A DNA stretch of 56,455 nt from a virus: IMG/VR virus record IMGVR_UViG_3300045988_124381; one strand, written 5' to 3'. This document shows, in pieces, positions 17,109 to 25,441 of this stretch (its first letter is position 1; each line of letters begins with the position of its first letter). The translations under genes were made by a program, and so were the position numbers. The notes below the pieces were generated by a model, which worked only from the letters and a program-made list of their open reading frames with translations, was not told where the DNA came from and did not search any database.

Positions 17109-17630
17109 TGGCCTAGTAAGATTCCATTGACAGATTAAGACTTTACGATTTTTCTTATACCATTTTTTTATTGATTTTAGATATTTATTTTCAATATTTC
17201 CGTTGAGTTGAGTACATTCCATTATAGTGAATGCTGCTTCTTGTTCATCAATTAATACATGGAAGTGTGGTGGTAAGTGGTCGTTTGTACGTATTTCTAT
17301 TTTTATTTTATTATTTATTAAGTCTATAGCCCTGCATGGACCAGGGCATATTTCTGGTGTGAATGGAATCTTATATTTTATCCTTAAGTATATGCGGTAT
17401 AAATTAGGCAATAAGAAAAATGGAAGTAATAGGAGATGTAAGGAACCCCAAAATATAATGAAAAAAGTAAGCACGAAATAGCCCAACAATTTTTCATACC
17501 ATTTATTTTTGTTTACATGAGTAATATTTTTATTGTCTTCATCATATAATCCATATTCAATATCTTCTGATATAGTAAGCCTTAAATTTTCTTCTAAATA
17601 ATCCTTTATTATTTGAATTCCTTTTTCCAT
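17076..17630 (-). CDS. Membrane-anchored DUF4160-domain protein
   Basis: C-terminal NDHLPPHFHVLIDEQEAAFTI is the DUF4160 signature; a hydrophobic segment LLGYFVLTFFIIFWGSLHLLLLPFFLL precedes it. Confidence 0.7.
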   Translation of the reverse strand: MEKGIQIIKDYLEENLRLTISEDIEYGLYDEDNKNITHVNKNKWYEKLLGYFVLTFFIIFWGSLHLLLLPFFLLPNLYRIYLRIKYKIPFTPEICPGPCRAIDLINNKIKIEIRTNDHLPPHFHVLIDEQEAAFTIMECTQLNGNIENKYLKSIKKWYKKNRKVLICQWNLTRPSDKEYTKIKQ

Positions 17631-17753
17631 GTAACTTTTTTATCAAATCATACAAAAAACATACCAAAGTTTTTACTGACAGGCCTTGTCAGTGCTTTGT
17701 GGATACCCGGTAACTGCTTTGTGGCGGTTATCGGGTTATTCACAGATAAAGTA

Positions 17754-19115
17754 TTATTTGCGTACATTTTCAAATGCCAAGTTTATGCATTTATTTATAT
17801 GTTGTTTATCTAGAGATTCTATTTCACCTTTTCTATTTATATTTTCTATTATTGATATTTTATCGATTGATGGAGACTTGTCATTGTACCAAAAAGACTG
17901 ATTGTGTGTTTGGTAATAATTTAAGTCCTTTATGGAATAGCTTTTTGAGTTATATTTAAAGCTATTTGATGGTGTTAGATAATAAATCATTAAGAACACA
18001 TTCACGCAATTTAATAGACTTAATTCAGGTAATTTAAATAAATATTCCTTTATAGTAATAATATCATTTATACCTATCATTTTAAATAAAGCAATAGTGT
18101 AAGTTAACGGTGACTTAGTATTGAATTTAGTTCCTAAATAATCGTTCCCTATATAGTCCCTTTCAATAATATAACTATCCATCCCACTTATAATGCTTTT
18201 AATGGTTCTAATTGATAAAGAGCTTATTTTCTTCTCAAGTTCATTCGACATATTGTTGAAATCTTCTTTTGATAAACAACATTTATTTGATATTATTTTA
18301 TATAAATATTCTTGTGCTACTTTATTTATAGAATAATAAAATGGTTGATGACTTATAAATTTATTAATATAACCATTGTAATTAGCATTTTTCCCGTAGC
18401 AATGGTAGAAGATATTTTCGGTTGTACTGTTATCAAAAATCGTAATAATATTATCAAAATCAAACTTATTACTATAGTTCGATTTCTCATATAAATGTTC
18501 GTCTATATGAGCTCCTAATACATTCAATATGCGAAACAAATGTGCAGGGTCAATACGGTCAAGGTCTTCTATGATTAGGACTGTTTTATAACCAGATGAT
18601 TTGATGTATTTTAATGTTTCTATAATAAGTTCTGTGTAGCCATCATGTTCGTATAACCCTCCTTTTTGTGATGTAAACCAAGATTCATATTTTTTGAATG
18701 TCGTTTGTTCTTCTTTATATTTCTTAGCAAATGTCTTCCCTTTTTCAAGAATTTTATTTAGAATTTCTCCTTTGGGCAAACAAGAAATCAAGAAACTTAT
18801 TACTTCTTTTAGACTTTCCAAAGTGAATATAGAGTTTGTAATACCTTCAAAATCAATTGGATTTAATTTTCCATCTTTAGCCAATTGAAAAAGTATATCT
18901 CGTTTTATGTATTCGAAAATATCCTGGTTGTCTGCAATCGAATAATTGATAGGGTATAAGGTTATAAAATAATAATCATCTTTATAGAGTTTCTTGAATT
19001 CATTAAGAAAGAATGTCTTCCCATCTCCAAATTTTGCAGAGAAGATAGTACGTTCATTTATTTCAAGATGAGATTTGAAATCAGATAATTCTTTGTCTAT
19101 TGGTATGAGTTCCAT
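17754..19115 (-). CDS. KAP-family P-loop NTPase
   Basis: Walker A SAKFGDGKT, Walker B LIIEDLDRIDPAHLFRILNVL typical of KAP NTPases; start taken at MELIPID (19115). Confidence 0.7.
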   Translation of the reverse strand: MELIPIDKELSDFKSHLEINERTIFSAKFGDGKTFFLNEFKKLYKDDYYFITLYPINYSIADNQDIFEYIKRDILFQLAKDGKLNPIDFEGITNSIFTLESLKEVISFLISCLPKGEILNKILEKGKTFAKKYKEEQTTFKKYESWFTSQKGGLYEHDGYTELIIETLKYIKSSGYKTVLIIEDLDRIDPAHLFRILNVLGAHIDEHLYEKSNYSNKFDFDNIITIFDNSTTENIFYHCYGKNANYNGYINKFISHQPFYYSINKVAQEYLYKIISNKCCLSKEDFNNMSNELEKKISSLSIRTIKSIISGMDSYIIERDYIGNDYLGTKFNTKSPLTYTIALFKMIGINDIITIKEYLFKLPELSLLNCVNVFLMIYYLTPSNSFKYNSKSYSIKDLNYYQTHNQSFWYNDKSPSIDKISIIENINRKGEIESLDKQHINKCINLAFENVRK

Positions 19116-19246
19116 AATATTAAGATTAAATTGTTTCAGTAAAATTATATATAAAAATTGGATTCTGAAAGTAAGATTAATAAACTGTAAACCTTTTATA
19201 CCATAAAACAAATTCTATATAATCAATCAATTAAAATCAACAAATT

Positions 19247-19819
19247 ATGAATCTAAATGAACTAAGAGATAAAGCCTACCGTAACGCAGTTGCCCACGGA
19301 TGGCACGAAGAAAACCTAAGTGATGAACATTTCCTCTGTCTGGTCATATCCGAACTGATGGAAGCGGTGGAAGCTGACCGCAAAGGAAAACATGCTGATA
19401 CCAAAAAGTTCAATCAGGAAATGGATTACTACATACACGAGATGAAGCTGTATGGAGAAAACTATGATAAAGCCTATCGTGATACGTTTGAATATTATCT
19501 TAAAGATAGTGTGGAGGATGAACTTGCCGACGCCTGCATCCGGTTGTTGGATTTGGCAGGATTGAGAGGGTATGATTTGGACAAATTGGACTACGAAGGA
19601 AGCGATACAGTGGACTATTCCGAAATGGATTTTACGGAATCCATGTACAGAATATGTGTGTATGTAACTGACGGATTCTACAACGAATATTATGACACTC
19701 TTCTGAATGAGATATTCGCTTTCTGCAAAGACAGAAGTATAGACATCTTCTGGTTTATCAATCAGAAGATGAAGTACAATGAACTACGCCCATATAAGCA
19801 CGGAGATAAAAGCTACTGA
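19247..19819 (+). CDS. MazG-like all-alpha NTP pyrophosphohydrolase
   Basis: AHGWHEE...ISELMEAVEA...EDELADACIRLLDLAG pattern of phage MazG-like enzymes. Confidence 0.55.
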   Translation: MNLNELRDKAYRNAVAHGWHEENLSDEHFLCLVISELMEAVEADRKGKHADTKKFNQEMDYYIHEMKLYGENYDKAYRDTFEYYLKDSVEDELADACIRLLDLAGLRGYDLDKLDYEGSDTVDYSEMDFTESMYRICVYVTDGFYNEYYDTLLNEIFAFCKDRSIDIFWFINQKMKYNELRPYKHGDKSY

Positions 19820-19821
19820 CC

Positions 19822-20178
19822 ATGAAACACATATTCTACGCCTTAATCATTCTGCAAGCCCTGTACGAGCTTGTGAAGCTGTTTAGATGTAAATCCCTTT
19901 ACCGGCATGTGAAAGTATTCCAGAAGCTGGATAAGGCATCAAAAAAATGGTATCTGATGGCGCATCCGTGGTTTCATGTTGCGCTGCTTATAGATACTAT
20001 CGGGATTTTACTTTTGGGTATAGGATTGTTTTCAAGTCAATGGGTGTGTTTCCTCATTATCTTGGCCATGAGTTTTAGTCAGATCCAAAAGCTAGGAGCA
20101 TGGGCGGTATTTCTGGACAGCCTGATTACGGTCATCATCTACGTATTTGCCATCCTTAACGCATATCATTTGTCATAA
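19822..20178 (+). CDS. Membrane protein (3-4 TM)
   Basis: Multiple hydrophobic helices. Confidence 0.5.
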   Translation: MKHIFYALIILQALYELVKLFRCKSLYRHVKVFQKLDKASKKWYLMAHPWFHVALLIDTIGILLLGIGLFSSQWVCFLIILAMSFSQIQKLGAWAVFLDSLITVIIYVFAILNAYHLS

Positions 20179-20272
20179 AACAAAAAAAGGGAGCCAGCCC
20201 ACACGATTAGAAGCCAACTCCCACACACGATTATGATGCAAATATACTAATTCATTCTAAAACTATCGAACT

Positions 20273-20710
20273 ATGACAAAAGAATTTTCATCAATCGTGG
20301 AGTTGAAATCTATACGTGAACAGAAATCAAGATTATCGGAAAGAGAGCAGGAGCTTTCGTTACCAGTCCTGACTGATCTGTCGCTTATTCCGGAGATTTA
20401 CGGCTGGTTCAAGGAGATCCTTTCCGGGATGGACTGCCCTCCCAATCCTGAGAGCGTTACTCAGCGGAAGAAGTTCCTCTTCATCGTTCTGTTCCTGTTC
20501 GCCCCCAGCGTGCTGGCCGGCGGACGGCTGCCGAACGGTATCCGGGCAGAAATTTCCGGTGTGTTCCCGGATGTCTCCCCATGTGTAATATCGAACAATA
20601 TCGCCGATGTTTCCTTTATTTACCAGCAATATAAGGATTTCAGGCAGGATATAGAGTATCTTTACAATCAGATTTTAGAAAGGTTGAAAGTCAAAGAACT
20701 GATCAAGTAA
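20273..20710 (+). CDS. Hypothetical protein
   Basis: ORF in the array; central hydrophobic stretch. Confidence 0.45.
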   Translation: MTKEFSSIVELKSIREQKSRLSEREQELSLPVLTDLSLIPEIYGWFKEILSGMDCPPNPESVTQRKKFLFIVLFLFAPSVLAGGRLPNGIRAEISGVFPDVSPCVISNNIADVSFIYQQYKDFRQDIEYLYNQILERLKVKELIK

Positions 20711-20740
20711 CAGAATGTTTTTAATGGGGATAAAGTCCCT

Positions 20741-20989
20741 TTGTTTGAATTTTTATGTCTAACAAATTTAAATTTTAAAGGCCGAGTCAGAAGAAGAACA
20801 AAATCAGGTTGGGAAATAGCTCGACAAGCCGACAGATTAGCTCAACAGCGTTATGGAAGTAACTTTGACAATCCTAATAATCTTGTAAATAGGATTGCAG
20901 GCAGGTATCTTGGAAACTTCAATAGAAATGGAACCAGTTGGAATACACAAGTTTCAAAACGTATTTACATGGGACTTAATGATGGGTAA
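20741..20989 (+). CDS. Small Arg-rich protein ending RIYMGLNDG (start codon uncertain; frame is open from 20711)
   Basis: No in-frame ATG near the 5-prime end; paralog of 27650-27835. Confidence 0.45.
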   Translation: MFEFLCLTNLNFKGRVRRRTKSGWEIARQADRLAQQRYGSNFDNPNNLVNRIAGRYLGNFNRNGTSWNTQVSKRIYMGLNDG

Positions 20990-21011
20990 TTAGTAAAAGA
21001 ACTAATCGAGT

Positions 21012-21045
21012 AAAAAAGCCGGAAGCATAAAGCTCCGGCTTTTTG
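21012..21045. terminator. Bidirectional terminator between convergent genes
   Basis: aaaaa-agccgga-loop-tccggct-ttttt. Confidence 0.7.
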
Positions 21046-21046
21046 T

Positions 21047-21445
21047 TTACATTCTAAAATTTTTACCGCGTCCAATTCTTTCAAGGTATGTATCTGAAGA
21101 TTCTGTGGGTAAACAGATCGGAATGTTAAAACGAACTTTAGATATGGTGGAATTCTGTGCAGTAGATTCTGATGAAACTCCTGCATTTATAATTTTAGCA
21201 ATTCCAATTCCTGACTTTTCACCTGAATTTTCAGTAACAGATAGAGCTATATCCATATCTATATGCTGAACTCGTGGAGCTGGAATATAATAACCTGATT
21301 TAGGAGGTAATGCATATTCATTATCAGAGCCTCTATAGCAATCAGGATTAATTAAGACATTCTGGTCTTTGTATTTCTTTTGCACTTCTAACACTCCATC
21401 TATAATTTGGCTAATAGTTTCAGTAATAAATTCTTTAAGTTCCAT
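21047..21445 (-). CDS. Small hypothetical protein (possibly trypco2-like effector-associated fold)
   Basis: Pattern of alternating beta-like segments around SGEKSGIGIAKIINAGVS; weak impression only. Confidence 0.3.
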   Translation of the reverse strand: MELKEFITETISQIIDGVLEVQKKYKDQNVLINPDCYRGSDNEYALPPKSGYYIPAPRVQHIDMDIALSVTENSGEKSGIGIAKIINAGVSSESTAQNSTISKVRFNIPICLPTESSDTYLERIGRGKNFRM

Positions 21446-21515
21446 AATTATTTTCCTTTTTCTATTTTTATTTTATACAATAAACCCCGAACTACGAAGA
21501 ACGGGGCTGAAATAG

Positions 21516-22361
21516 TTATTTATAGATGTAATTATATCTTAGCTCGGATTTGTTATCCTTGTAACTATATGAAACACATATTTTATTTATAGTGCCATCT
21601 TCATTATAAAAATAGTCATAATATGTCCAAGAATCTGAATATGATTCCTTTTTCGATTTTCTTTGAATACGACCTGAAGAGTCATACTGGTATTCATATT
21701 TTTGCTCTATTGATTCTTTTCCAGTATCCCCATTTATATAAGTTTCCTGAAGTAAATTATCATGTGAATCATATTCAAAAATGAAGCTACCAAACAGAGA
21801 GCCATCATCAATATTTGTTTTTTCTATATAGATATTTTTCCCTTCATACCTATATTCGCTTATATAGCCAAAATTGTTGCTAACCCAAATGTCTTTTTCT
21901 ACTGTTTTTATCAATCTTTTTTGACTATCATATTCGTATGTCCATTCTTCATTCAGGTTTCCATCGTCATCATATACCAGCATGCGTGACACGGAGTCAA
22001 TGTTGTTATATTCATATTTACGTTTTTTTTCAAACAAAGTAAACGTATATTCGTTCATTTCCACTACACGCTTTTTGTCGTCGTATTCATATTTGTAATT
22101 GCAATCGATCCTACCATCCAATAAAGCGTTATAGTAGTTGGTGGTTTTTTCTTGCAATGTTCCGTCTGGATTATAGATATACTGTTCGTAAAGTTCTCCA
22201 TATTCATTTATCTCTCCAAATTTCTTTTCATGTTCGTTTATTACAATTTCAGACAGAACTTTATTTCCATTATTTCCTCCGGGTTCTCCATCACCATCGC
22301 TACTGCACCCCACAAAACACAAAGCCACCAGTATAGGCAAAATAAATAACATTTTCTTCAT
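21516..22361 (-). CDS. Lipoprotein with YD/RHS-like repeats
   Basis: MKKMLFILPILVALCFVGCSS lipobox; recurring YEYD...(R/K)(L/V) units (YKYEYDDKKRVV, YEYDSQKRLI, FEYDSHDNLL, YQYDSSGRIQ). Confidence 0.65.
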   Translation of the reverse strand: MKKMLFILPILVALCFVGCSSDGDGEPGGNNGNKVLSEIVINEHEKKFGEINEYGELYEQYIYNPDGTLQEKTTNYYNALLDGRIDCNYKYEYDDKKRVVEMNEYTFTLFEKKRKYEYNNIDSVSRMLVYDDDGNLNEEWTYEYDSQKRLIKTVEKDIWVSNNFGYISEYRYEGKNIYIEKTNIDDGSLFGSFIFEYDSHDNLLQETYINGDTGKESIEQKYEYQYDSSGRIQRKSKKESYSDSWTYYDYFYNEDGTINKICVSYSYKDNKSELRYNYIYK

Positions 22362-22380
22362 TTTACTTTGGTTTTATTGA

Positions 22381-22674
22381 TTAAACATCCATTTCCAATA
22401 ACTTTCTTAAATCCTCAAACGAGTGAACTTCATAAATAGTTCCTTTTACTTTTACAAAGCCGTTCACTTCGGAATCAGGTGTATTTCTTACAAATAGCTC
22501 CGAAATATCCACCTCTAAAGCATTTGCAATACGTTCTAAAGATTGTAATTGCGGATAATCACCTCTTAATGTCTTATTAAGACTAATATCAGATATACCC
22601 ATCTTATCAGCCAAATCTTTTTGAGTAAGACCCTTAGACTGGCAAAGTTCTTTTATCCTTGTTCTAAAATCCAT
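22381..22674 (-). CDS. XRE-family HTH transcriptional regulator
   Basis: GLTQKDLADKMGISDISLNKTLRGD helix-turn-helix. Confidence 0.75.
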   Translation of the reverse strand: MDFRTRIKELCQSKGLTQKDLADKMGISDISLNKTLRGDYPQLQSLERIANALEVDISELFVRNTPDSEVNGFVKVKGTIYEVHSFEDLRKLLEMDV

Positions 22675-22696
22675 AATACTACATAGTTTTATTGCA

Positions 22697-22704
22697 CAAA
22701 TATA
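22697..22704 (-). promoter_or_regulatory. -7 box TATATTTG for the leftward XRE operon
   Basis: Plus strand reads caaatata 22 nt upstream of the minus-strand ATG. Confidence 0.4.
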
Positions 22705-22864
22705 GGTGTTTATACTATATAATACAATAAAGAGTGAAAAATAAATCCAAGTAGTTTTATTATTAACATAAATTAAGTATGCAAATATTGCGTAATTAAA
22801 CTATATAGTATTACTTTGTACTATCAAATAAAACGAAGTAGTATAATTTTTAATACGCACGATT

Positions 22865-23063
22865 ATGAAAGAGTATCAAGACGCAACTGTTGAATGTAAA
22901 AAAAATAATATGCAACCCATGTGCATTAGATGAGTACGAAGTCACTATAAGGCCTACTAATGGTAAGCCTGAATATGTAACATACACTTATGGTAGTCTA
23001 TTTGAGAGCAATGAATCTATCTGTGATAGAATTTATCGTCAATGGATAAAAGAGAGTAAGTGA
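22865..23063 (+). pseudogene. Small gene interrupted by a +1 frame change at an A8 tract (22898-22905)
   Basis: ATG in a CACGATTATG copy. Frame stops at 22931. The next frame continues CNPCALDEYEVTIRPTNGKPEYVTYTYGS... to 23063. A7 would give one 65-aa ORF. Confidence 0.45.
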
Positions 23064-23130
23064 TAAGTTTAACCAGCAGGGCGAAAGCCCTGCAATTACA
23101 CACGATTATTAATTTTTAATACACACGATT

Positions 23131-23997
23131 ATGAAGACATTAAAAGAACAAGTAGAAGAAATCAAGAACATGAAAGGTTCTAAGTCAGCAAAGAAAGCAG
23201 CTTTCGTCAAGTTGGGTTTGAGAAAGTACGAAGTTGAACTTCTTATGTCTGAACTGCCTAAGACTATCAGAGAAACGCACAAGTTTACTTTTGGCGTTGA
23301 GATTGAATGCCTGGTAGCTGCAAACCTTATGCGTGAATGTGCTACAAGAAATGAAATGCCTTTTCGCTATGAGGGCTACAACCACACAGACAACAACCAC
23401 TACTACAAGTTTGTATCTGATTCTTCTATTAGAGGTGAAAATCCTATAGAATGTGTTTCACCGGTTCTTACTGGTAAGGCAGGTATGAAAAGCCTAGAAA
23501 CCTGCTGCAAAGCTTTAAATGAGGCAGGTGCACAAGTGAATATATCTACTGGTTTACACGTTCACATAGGGGCTGCAAGCCTCTCAGATGAAGCTTATAT
23601 CAATGTTTTCAAGAACTATCAGAAGCTAGAGAGAGTGATTGATACTTTCATGGCACGATCAAGACGAGCAAACAACAGTCAGTGGTGCAGAACACTTCAA
23701 GGTTTAAGCTTTGAATGTTGCATTACTAAGCATGATGTTCTAAGTATTATGAGAGGTAATAGATATTTTAAGGTTAATGCCTGCTCTTATGCTCGTCACA
23801 ACACGATAGAGTTCAGGCAGCATCAAGGTTCTACAGATTTCGAGAAAATTTCTAACTGGGTGAATTTCTGTGCTAAGCTAGTAGCTTGGTCTAAGAAGAA
23901 CGTACTAAGTTCAGAGGTTTTTTCAATTGCAGAAATACCTTTCTTGACAGCGAAAGAAAAGTCATTCTTTAAATCACGTGCTGAGGTTCTTGCATGA
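23131..23997 (+). CDS. Amidoligase_2 family (glutamine-synthetase-like COOH-NH2 ligase)
   Basis: FGVEIE, IECVSPVL, STGLHVHIG, NTIEFRQHQGS signature blocks. Confidence 0.8.
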   Translation: MKTLKEQVEEIKNMKGSKSAKKAAFVKLGLRKYEVELLMSELPKTIRETHKFTFGVEIECLVAANLMRECATRNEMPFRYEGYNHTDNNHYYKFVSDSSIRGENPIECVSPVLTGKAGMKSLETCCKALNEAGAQVNISTGLHVHIGAASLSDEAYINVFKNYQKLERVIDTFMARSRRANNSQWCRTLQGLSFECCITKHDVLSIMRGNRYFKVNACSYARHNTIEFRQHQGSTDFEKISNWVNFCAKLVAWSKKNVLSSEVFSIAEIPFLTAKEKSFFKSRAEVLA

Positions 23998-24527
23998 ACC
24001 TCACACGATATAATTTGCTTGATATGTGCTGTATTATTTATAAACCAAAAGGTGTCCAGATGCCAACGCTGGACATCTTAAATAAGGTTCAGAGAATCAA
24101 TCATCATGGTTATGGCTTTGTTTCTTCTAAGCATAGATATAAGACTATGGATTATCAAAAGTTTTTAGTTCATCTTTCAAAGGTGGGTATTGAAGAAGAA
24201 TGTATCATTCACATGAGGTGGGCAACACATGGTTCTAAGTGTAGAAAGAACTGTCACCCGTTTGTCGAGAATGGCGTTTATTTTGCTCACAATGGTGTTT
24301 TGCCTATTCAGTCAGTAAACGATATGACAGATAGCGAAATCTTCTTCAGAAATCAAGTTTACCCTCTTGTAATGAAATATGGGTATGAAGCAAAGGTAAC
24401 AGAATCCATGATGATGGCTGTCGCTGGCAGTTCTAAATTCGCCATGATGTACAAAGGCAAAGTAAAGCTATATGGTGATTATACGAAATTGAACGGTGTA
24501 TATTATTCTAATTTAAGATGGCTATGA
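23994..24527 (+). CDS. Class II (Ntn) glutamine amidotransferase
   Basis: MCCIIYK (Cys nucleophile after Met at 24024, or after a 10-aa propeptide if ATG 23994 is used), NHHGYGF, HMRWATHGS, NCHPF, FAHNGVL, TDSEIFF. Confidence 0.75.
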   Translation: MNLTRYNLLDMCCIIYKPKGVQMPTLDILNKVQRINHHGYGFVSSKHRYKTMDYQKFLVHLSKVGIEEECIIHMRWATHGSKCRKNCHPFVENGVYFAHNGVLPIQSVNDMTDSEIFFRNQVYPLVMKYGYEAKVTESMMMAVAGSSKFAMMYKGKVKLYGDYTKLNGVYYSNLRWL

Positions 24528-24688
24528 AAAGAAAATATTTTGACACTAAACAAGCCGCTGTCAAAACTAAGAATAAGCGTTCTAAAAATGGAGAACAAGG
24601 CTTGCATGTATTTAAAATGCCAAAAGGATCAAGAAAAAATGGAAAATTTGTCGTATGCACTGAGATTGAATATTTGAATACATACTAA
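24518..24688 (+). CDS. Small basic hypothetical protein (56 aa)
   Basis: Hand translation MAMKRKYFDTKQAAVKTKNKRSKNGEQGLHVFKMPKGSRKNGKFVVCTEIEYLNTY; start lies in a repeated junction motif. Confidence 0.4.
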   Translation: MAMKRKYFDTKQAAVKTKNKRSKNGEQGLHVFKMPKGSRKNGKFVVCTEIEYLNTY

Positions 24689-24719
24689 TCGGTAGTCTTT
24701 GTGACTGCCTTAATTTAAG

Positions 24720-24929
24720 ATGGTTATGAAAAGAGAAAAATTAAAGGTTAAAGCATCAGATGTAAGAAGCATAAAAATGAGCGTAAATCCGCCTAAAGTG
24801 GTTGTGGATGCAGGGTATAGAGTGATTCATGACGGTGAAATAAAATGCTGGGTAGGTATAGGCTGGTTGACCGAAGGCAGAGCGTCAAAGAGTGACTATT
24901 ATAAGATACCAGAGGTTGTAAACGGATAA
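24720..24929 (+). CDS. Hypothetical protein
   Basis: Start lies in the repeated junction motif. Confidence 0.45.
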   Translation: MVMKREKLKVKASDVRSIKMSVNPPKVVVDAGYRVIHDGEIKCWVGIGWLTEGRASKSDYYKIPEVVNG

Positions 24930-24941
24930 TTTAAGATAGCT

Positions 24942-25271
24942 ATGAGAAATGTAGATATTGACGTAATGCGAGAGATTTTAGAAGAGCATGGAATTTTAGT
25001 GAATGAAGATGTTGCTAAATCCATAACAGAGGATTTTGTATGCCATTTAGAAGTATGTAGAGAAATGGATGTATCACAATTTAGAGGATGTAATACCGAA
25101 TCTGATACAGAGAAAATCATGCGATTAGAAGCAGAACTGAAGAAGGTTAAAAGAGAGCTTTCAAAGGCATCTACAGAGAATGAAGTCTATAGAGATAATG
25201 TTATGAAAAGACATAACGCATCGTCTGTATGGATTGAAGATGGAGTGATAAAATATAGTTATGGGGTATGA
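24942..25271 (+). CDS. Hypothetical protein
   Basis: Start lies in the repeated junction motif. Confidence 0.45.
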   Translation: MRNVDIDVMREILEEHGILVNEDVAKSITEDFVCHLEVCREMDVSQFRGCNTESDTEKIMRLEAELKKVKRELSKASTENEVYRDNVMKRHNASSVWIEDGVIKYSYGV

Positions 25272-25441
25272 ACGAGAAAGAAATCCTGCAAGAAATAATC
25301 GAGTGGCTGGGTAATGATACCAGCTACTTGTCTACAAGAACAGACTATGGCCGGGGTTATAAAAACGGCATAGAGCGTGCAAAGGCAATAGTCGAGGAAA
25401 TAATCAGTGAACATGATCCTGATTTATTAGCAAACAATTAG
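25268..25441 (+). CDS. Small hypothetical protein (57 aa)
   Basis: ATGA overlap with the upstream stop; hand translation MNEKEILQEIIEWLGNDTSYLSTRTDYGRGYKNGIERAKAIVEE... Confidence 0.4.
   Translation: MNEKEILQEIIEWLGNDTSYLSTRTDYGRGYKNGIERAKAIVEEIISEHDPDLLANN

Noticed and set aside
19116-19246. Promoter for the KAP NTPase gene
   Set aside because: No CAAAnnTA (reverse TAnnTTTG) match was found in the upstream 130 nt, so no promoter is annotated.
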